A stretch of 63,950 nucleotides of DNA, counting the filler, from Conidiobolus incongruus B7586 (taxonomy: Eukaryota): NCBI GenBank assembly GCA_000697335.1. It is 46 parts of 46 records of this genome, joined end to end, with 100 filler letters (N's around TTAATTAATTAA, not from the genome) between each part and the next. Parts side by side here need not be neighbours in the genome. Positions count along the whole stretch, not along the records: positions 55,932 to 56,932 come from JNEM01003553.1; positions 57,033 to 58,793 come from JNEM01003588.1; positions 58,894 to 61,752 come from JNEM01003593.1; positions 61,853 to 63,950 come from JNEM01003631.1; 42 more parts are not named here. One strand, given 5' to 3'. Under the pieces are notes generated by a model. It searched no databases. It saw only the letters and a program-made list of their open reading frames with translations, and had not been told where the DNA came from. Positions 56,470 to 63,950 of the stretch are shown here, in pieces. The stretch's first letter is position 1. Each line of letters starts with the position of its first letter. A program made the position numbers and the translations under genes.

Positions 56470-57309
56470 TATAGTGTACATAAATTTTTAGTTTATAATG
56501 AATAATAAATTGTTGTTTGATAATATTTTTTATACTTTTATATCTTTATAATGCCATTCAATAAAATTATATCAACTTTTTTACTTTTTAGATTGATAAC
56601 TTAATTCTTGTATAAAGATATATGTTCAAATTATTTTTATTAATTAATTTAGTTATTAAGTGCTCATATTAAAAATAAAAGTTAGTTTATAATCAATGGA
56701 TATATTATATATATCAGAAATAGATCTTAATTGTCGTATAGAAATAACAGAAAATATATTATCATTATTCTAAATAGATTTAATGTTTATAATCAAAAAA
56801 TTTTATTTATCTAATAAAAATTTTTTTAATATAAATTAATAAACTAAGAAACCATTGATAACATCAATTATGCTGTACAAATTCATAATTAGAGTTTGAA
56901 AAAAATGAATTAATTGGCATCACAAAGCTAGANNNNNNNNNNNNNNNNNNNNNNNNNNNNNNNNNNNNNNNNNNNNTTAATTAATTAANNNNNNNNNNNN
57001 NNNNNNNNNNNNNNNNNNNNNNNNNNNNNNNNCTTGTTTAATGTTTAAATGTTTTGAGAATTAGTGTATCATTGAAAAATGAATTCAAAATCCATAGTTG
57101 AATAAAAATCAACAGTCAATAAAATAATTTAAATTAATTAAACATTTTTAATATATATCAATTAGAATAATCAAATCTAAAGCTAATTTTAAAATATCAA
57201 TAATATGAAATATAAAAAGAATATTAAACATATTATGATAGTATTAGATATTAAAATTAAAAAATAAATAAATTAAAATATAAATTAAATTGAAAAATTT
57301 ATTATATTA

Positions 57310-58384
57310 TTATAAGCAAACTTTTTCTAAATTAATTGAATCTTCTATTATATCAAATTCTATTAAATCAATATTTGGATCTAATTCTTGGTTGACAGGT
57401 AAATGTAATATTTGATTTTTCCATTCTTGAATTTTTAATCGTAAACTTTCATTTTCAAGAAAAACAGGTACACTAAAACTAGTGATCAAATATTTTGCGT
57501 TTCTAAAAATAATTAAATTAATATTTATACATTTATATTGAAATTATGGTAGGATTTTTACTTATATTTCCCAATGAATTTAATAACATTAATTGTATTA
57601 CCGCCTAAACTATTATCCTTATAATTGTTATTATTCATGTTATTATTAAAATATATAATAGGATAATTAAGTAAGAACCCGGTGATGGATATCATAAATT
57701 TTGGATTTATACATAGCGAAATGCTATTCGATAATTCATTGGGATTGCTGAATTTTAAACTGTGTTTTAATTCTAACTTGAATTCTTCCAATGTTTGCTT
57801 ATTTAACTATTTGTAATAATAAATAATTAATATAAAGAAATTGTAATAAGATTTTTTTTGATATTATACCATTTCAGGAAGATTTAAATTAGGAGATACG
57901 TCAATTAAGTTTACTTCATAATTACAATAATTATATAATGATTTTGAATAATCAGAAAGTAATATAAAACTAAAATCTTCATTGATTTGTAAACCAATAA
58001 GATTCGAATTGATCTATATATATGATAATGAATTATATATTGATTTTAATAACAAATATTTAGTGGTTTACTTTTTTCAACTTATTAACCAATAATTCAA
58101 GTTGATCAAGATTTAAATAACATATATCTATCAATAAACTTAGTCTATTTAATTCAACAGGAATTAATAATATTCGAGTTAAAAGATTTAATTCAAAATT
58201 ACTTTTTACCTATTATTAACCAATATAAATCTATCAAAATTTCCTATGATAAATATTCTAAATATCAGAGATTAAAATATAGTTTACCTATTGCCAACTC
58301 AGCTTGATTTGCTATTGACAATTTTTTATTGAATATTGAATAGATAATTGATTTTAATTTATTTATTAATTGATTATTTTCCAT
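57310..58384 (-). CDS. Multi-exon gene, DUF4504 / C1orf74-like protein
   Basis: Starts MENNQLINKLKS..., contains ISITGFLLNYPIIY...NSL and a final exon ...LITSFSVPVFLE...INLEKVCL*; several GT-AG introns; internal exon borders not all resolved. Confidence 0.6.
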
Positions 58385-58893
58385 TACTAAGATTAAATGG
58401 TATTTAAAATTAAAAACCAAATAATTGTATCTAAATTGTATAATTGAATATTTTGAGTATTATGGGATGAGATTTAAAAGTATAAATATCAGAACTATTT
58501 GCAAAAATCTATTACTCATTTAACCCAATTCCTCATTATTTCAAAATTATCAAATATAAAAATTCCAATAAATATTTCAATATAAAAAATACTATAAAAT
58601 TTATGCTCTTATAAAAATAATTTGATATATTATTTTTTAATAATTGATATTTTATATATAAATAAAATTTATTAATTTTATGGTTAAAAATTCAAAATGA
58701 TTAATTATTAAAAATTAATTATATAATATAATAAATTAAATTAGCAAATATGATTCATTTAATAATTATATCATTATAATCATATAATTAAAGNNNNNNN
58801 NNNNNNNNNNNNNNNNNNNNNNNNNNNNNNNNNNNNNTTAATTAATTAANNNNNNNNNNNNNNNNNNNNNNNNNNNNNNNNNNNNNNNNNNNN

Positions 58894-59028
58894 GATGTTA
58901 TCAGCAGAGGTATTTCCAGAGCTCAAAACAGAAACAGGCACACGCTTAACATTAACGAGATTGAGAACATCAGTTGGGGAAGCGAAAGCTGTGGCCAAAA
59001 TGGTAGCAACGACGACAGTGAATTTCAT
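58894..59028 (-). CDS. Secreted protein, 5' end (signal peptide; possibly a protease prepro region)
   Basis: MKFTVVVATILATAFA-SPTDVLNLVNVKRVPVSVLSSGNTSADNI; hydrophobic core with A-F-A cleavage site; GC-rich codon use; truncated by contig end. Confidence 0.65.
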
Positions 59029-60254
59029 TTTGATCAAAAGATGATTAATAGATTAGGAATTAAAGACTTGATTAATATAGAATAAGTGATCGTCTATCAG
59101 GCTTAAATAGAGTTTTAATCCAACTCCACATCGGTCGAATTCAATCTTAAATATGAACTAACTTAACCATATCAACATTCTAAAATTTGATTTTAACATT
59201 TTCTTAATGTTTTAAAAAATTTATAGATTATAGTCACATTTTTATGGGGTATGGAAATTTTTTATTCAAAGTTATATTTTGTTAATTTAACTCTGTATAT
59301 CATTAAAATGTGTAATATTATCAAAATATAAACAGTGTGCTGCAATGTTATAACTAGGACAATAACCAATGACCTATAATCGCTTATACCTTTATAATTA
59401 ATTTATTTCATATTAAATTATAATTAAAATTACAATTATTTTTGAGAATAAAATAGCTTACTTTTGAGCTCATTATATTTAACCTTCATTCAAATGAGTA
59501 TTTATGCACTACTTGTTCAATTTGCATTTTTCTTACATTGGAATCTCTGGATCATAAGAAATGAATAATTCAATATTTTGTATATTTTATAACAAACATT
59601 TTAATATTATATATAAATACATTATCGAAAGTTATGCTATTATATTGATTATAGCAAGATCAAGGCTTAAATTTGTTTATATTTTTTGAATACACTTTGT
59701 TTATATACATATTAATCTTTATTTTATCAATACAGTATTATTTTATATCTTTTCTTTTTAAGGTTATATATTTTTTTATTTTTTTTAATTTTTTATACTT
59801 TAGATTTAAGTTAATTATATGACAAATACAAAATATATTTCAAGTATTTATACTTCTTAATAAAACAATTTGAATATCAGATACTTTTTGAAGTGTATAT
59901 CAGTCATTTTAGCAATAATACTTATTTAAAAAGCTTCTTTTACTCAAAAAATTATGTTATATAAATTTTCATTTATTTCTTAAATTATTTTTATATAATA
60001 TATATGTAATGCTTGACAAAATATAATATATTAAAATTTCAAAATATTTTTATCTATTTATAGTAACAGAATAAAATAAAGTTTTTAAATTAATCTGATG
60101 TCCTTATGAATATAGTGTTTATATCACAAAATTTACATAGTTTTGTTTTATTTATGATAGCATAAGATTAATTATATATTAGTTTAAAAAAATGGTAAAT
60201 TTTTTAATATTGATTTTTCAGCTATATTGTTAGTTTTGAAAAATAATATATATA

Positions 60255-61752
60255 TATTAGCCTACAAAAGTAAGTCATAAAATCAAAATTACTTAAATAT
60301 TTACTTATATCTTAAACAATTCTTAATTAAATAAATTTAAATTAAAATATATAATTTACCTATACTAATTGATTATAACTAACTATATTTGATTATATTT
60401 CATTAGCTATTGGTTAATATATTAAAACCTAAAATTTAACCAAGGTGAGTTATAAATTTGCAAGTTTATAAGTTAAGGGGGTATAAATAACAAAACTTAT
60501 ATACACTTCTTTTTCTTTTGTTGTATTATATATATTATAAAACTATTAAACTAATATTTTAAAATTAATATTATAATGCTTAAATCTTTTTTTAAAAAAA
60601 TTCACTTATATATTAATCAACTTTATAATAAAAATAAATCAACTTATGAGATTGTTAGAATTATTAATATTAGCTAATCTATTATAGCAAAGGTTATTAA
60701 AAACAATGTTAAAGAAACATTTAAACTAAAACTTAAGTATATTAAGATTATAGATAAATATAATAAAAAGTATATTTGTAGATTAGTTAGTAGAGATAAA
60801 TATAATATTACTATAAAAGTATAATAAGAATTATAAGACTATATAAGAATATTAGTTAATACTAATACTATTATATATGCTTTACATTAAAATAAATACT
60901 ACTCACATATTAAGAAAAAACACCCTCAACTAAAGAAGTCCTATTATAAAATTAGGTAAGAGTTTAAATATCAATATTAAAGTTAAATTAAAACTAATTA
61001 GAGTAAGGTTATTTAGTTTAATGAAACAAGGATATACTTTAATAAATCTAATAGAAAAGCTAAATATTTCAAAAAAGATAAAGAATTACTTTTTAACCAT
61101 TATGTCATTATAACCCAAAAATACAATAATGGGTTAATTATACTTTAAGGATATATGTTATTTTTAGGTATAGGGTATCTTTGTAAAGTTAATAGGGGAA
61201 TTAATACTAAGGTGTACTAAAGTATTTTAAACAATAAATTGAAAAAACTATTGAGTAATATAGATTAAAAAATCAAATATTATTTTCTAATAAGATAATA
61301 CACCTTGTTATACTATAAATTCTATTATTAAATGGCTTAAAAATAACAAAATAACTACTATAAAATAACCTCCTCAATCTCTTAATCTTAACCTAATTGA
61401 ATATCTTTAGGATCAACTAAAAAAATCAATTAAAGCTATCCCTCTAATAAAAAAATTAGATTAACTTTGAGAATATGATTAAAAAGCTTAGAATAATATT
61501 AATTTTGTTTAATATAAGAAGTTAAAAAAATAAAAGATAGATATACTAGATATTGATTTTTCTATTAATACTAAAACTTGCAAATTTATAACTTATCTTA
61601 AATATACTTTTAGTTTTAATATATCAATTAATAACTAATTAAATTTAACTTTATATATTATATTATATATAAAAAATATATATAAATTACATAGTTTAAT
61701 ATAAGTTTATTTAAATTAGAATTGATTAAGATATTAATAGAAATATATATAT
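60255..61752 (+). mobile_element. Near full-length Tc1-like (DD34E) transposon: left TIR 60255-60467, dead transposase 60576-61556, right TIR from ~61574
   Basis: TA|TATTAGCCTACAAAAGTAAGTCATAAAATCAAAA; ORF relic M(P)KS..KST(R)EI(A)RI..KKKHPQL..KVI*FNET..F**DNTPCYT..K*PPQSLNLNLIEYL*D; Asp 61294 to Glu 61399 are separated by 34 codons. Confidence 0.95.
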
Positions 61753-61859
61753 NNNNNNNNNNNNNNNNNNNNNNNNNNNNNNNNNNNNNNNNNNNNTTAA
61801 TTAATTAANNNNNNNNNNNNNNNNNNNNNNNNNNNNNNNNNNNNNNNNNNNNATTCAGT

Positions 61860-61914
61860 TTTAAATTAAAATATAAATGTTTTTAAATTTATAACTTATT
61901 TTTATAAGCTAATA
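61860..61914 (+). mobile_element. Tc1-like right TIR end
   Basis: atgtttttaaatttataacttatttttataagctaata matches the family terminus. Confidence 0.6.
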
Positions 61915-62599
61915 GAATTAAATATTCATTTTTATTGCTAATAATTAAGTTCTTTAATAATACTACTTTTAAATTACTATTACCTTATTTTAATTTTTAG
62001 TCAAATATATAATAAATTAATAAAATTATTTTTTTGATTTTTATAAATAATAATAAATAGTTTAAAATTCATCTTTATCACTTAAAATAAGTAAAAGGTG
62101 ATATCAGTTTAATTTTATATTCCATAAAATAATTAATATTTTTAATTAATTTCTTTATTAATATAAAATTATATATTTTGAATAATTCTTCATATAGTAG
62201 ATTTTTATATTTTATAAATAATTCTATTAAAATAATATTGGGTATATATTCGAAAATGAGTTAAATAGATAAATTTGACTGAGTTTTATAATTAAAATAA
62301 TTACAGTGAAATTATTTATGCTGATAAATATAAATAGGATCAATTAGATTATATTTTTTGTAATTATTTATCCTCAAAATCAAGAATATTTTATATTTGA
62401 AAAAGTTTCAAAATAATATTCAAATTAAAAAAACTTTAAAGTTATCAAGTCATATATTAATAAAAAGGGCTATTAATATTATATTCATTTTCTATATTAA
62501 AAATTTTAAATTTTAAAATAATTGGAGATTGGATAATAGGATATTATTGTTTATTAGCATAGACTAAAATTAATAAATTCAGAAATATTGGTACAAATT

Positions 62600-63950
62600 T
62601 AGAATTCTATTTTTTTTAAATATTAGATCAGGAATAAAATGCTCATATCAACTTATATTCCAATTAATATTCTGTTATCAACTCTTAGTTTCCATTCTAT
62701 GCCATTGATCTGACTCTGCTTTGAACTCATACTTAGTAGGGATCACTGACCTCAGATTTGAGATCCAAGGTTCCAACATCATATCTCATCATCTTTTTCA
62801 CCATATTGATAATATAGTTGCTTTGTCATTCTAGCGTATATGTGATCTTGTTTCGGTCCAATTCAGTTGTAGGACCTAATATCATAAAGATATTCCGCAT
62901 TTCTGTAGCAATAATACCGTAGTTTCACTTTGGGCTTTCGCTTATCTTATATGTTTTTGAATTAATATGTTCATTGTCTGTAATAAGGATGTCAAAATCC
63001 TTATATGGAGAAGACACTTTGAACTCAATGGTAAGAATTAGAACATCAACAGTTTCAGGAGTATCATCTTTCAAATAGAAAGCTTTACCCTCAATTTTAC
63101 CGATATTGTCATTGTAGATAACGCCTTATTTTGGTTGAAACCTTAATAATAGATATCTCAAGGTGTGATATGTTTACATCCAAGATGGTATTTGAGTACC
63201 ATCAGCTCAAGTTTATGAGGATTTTTGATCACTTTGCGAATATATTGCTTAGTGAGAAAGGTTAAAAATTTGGCAGCACATGATTAATGTAAAATTCAAC
63301 AAAAAAAGCTTCCTGAATTTTTTTATTAGTATATTCAATTATAAAATTTAATAAATTATTCATAATTATGAACCACAACTAATAGTATAATTTATTTAAC
63401 AAATTTTTATAAAAATTTAAGTTTGAATATTTAAATTCATTTCTTAGGATACAAAATAGTGAAATTCTTAAAAACTTAAGATGTTATTTTAATTTATTCA
63501 CTATATTAGGTACAATTTGAACAGCGCTAAAGTATAAACTTATTCATTAGTTATTCTAATTTATATTATTTAAAATTACCTAGCTCCTGAACCAATGATA
63601 CCTACTTTCTTATTAACCAAATCGATAGAATGATCCCATCTAGCTGAGTGCATCCATGGGCCATCAAATTTAGTAAACTCTTGTGGAATATTTGGAATAC
63701 GAAGAGCTCCCACACCTCCAATCCTGTTAAATATAAATCATGAACCAATAATCTAATCTGATAGTATCAAGCTTTCTTACAGAATATCAGCTTCCATTTG
63801 ACTTTCCACCCTAGTAATTTTGTTTTTATATGCAATTCTCCACTTCTTAATACTCATATCAAATCTTGCTGTAGTGACCCAAGTATTGAAAACAATGTTA
63901 TTTCAAACTTCAAATTTATCAACAGTGTCAGCCAGGTAGGCTTGAATTTC
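62600..63950 (-). pseudogene. Baeyer-Villiger / flavin-containing monooxygenase pseudogene (5' end outside window)
   Basis: BVMO fingerprint FDGPWMHSARWD, NADPH motif VGIIGSGASAVQIVP, YHLGCKHI, VDVLILTIEF (for ATGF), NIFMILGP; introns 63724-63780 and 63527-63579; in-frame stops (e.g. TGA at 63903-63905) and frameshifts. Confidence 0.9.

Larger units (their letters stand above)
1223..61852. other. 45 artificial 100-bp contig spacers (N44-TTAATTAATTAA-N44, stop codons in all six frames); first 1223-1322, last 61753-61852
   Basis: Identical spacer between every contig; contig lengths never increase from 1222 to 1005 bp up to 45500, then an unsorted batch follows. Confidence 0.98.

Noticed and set aside
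60576..61556. Alternative genetic code (TAA/TAG read as Gln) making the transposases intact
   Set aside because: TAA and TAG replace both Gln and Trp codons, differ between copies, co-occur with frameshifts and missense transitions, and host genes end in TAA or TGA normally.
1223..61852. Regularly spaced TTAATTAATTAA repeats suggesting a CRISPR-like or biological array
   Set aside because: Always centred in exactly 44+44 Ns and separating size-sorted contigs: an assembly spacer.
61752..61914. Right TIR end at the start of the last contig as the continuation of the 60255 Tc1 element
   Set aside because: Suggestive, but it crosses an artificial spacer and many other copies share that end.

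Overview
This window is not contiguous genome. It is 46 small contigs joined by 45 identical 100-bp artificial spacers (N44-TTAATTAATTAA-N44), so adjacency across spacers means nothing. The first 38 contigs (1-45500) are size-sorted (1222 down to 1005 bp), extremely AT-rich, and mostly dead transposons. These comprise a Tc1-type DD34E family with ~210-bp IR/DR ends (12 large copies counting one in the later contigs), a true mariner DD34D family (9 large plus several partial copies), Ty3/Gypsy-like LTR, PBS and gag relics, and solo LTRs. Each copy has been independently eroded by C->T / G->A transitions on both strands (Gln and Trp codons to TAA/TAG, CpG essentially gone), a RIP-like or methylation-deamination signature. 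The last 8 contigs carry intron-containing fungal genes: BPL1 and ARB1/ABCF2 flanking a tRNA-Gly, a circularly permuted or tandem LYS1, RPS2, an Afi1/MesA-like 3' end, a DUF4504-like gene, a secreted-protein 5' end, and a Baeyer-Villiger monooxygenase pseudogene with a locally hypermutated patch. LYS1 (alpha-aminoadipate pathway), 53-68 nt introns and AT-richness point to a fungus, probably early-diverging (inference, not determined). The best candidate for an undescribed system is a repeat-directed hypermutation defence acting on animal-type Tc1/mariner elements in such a lineage.
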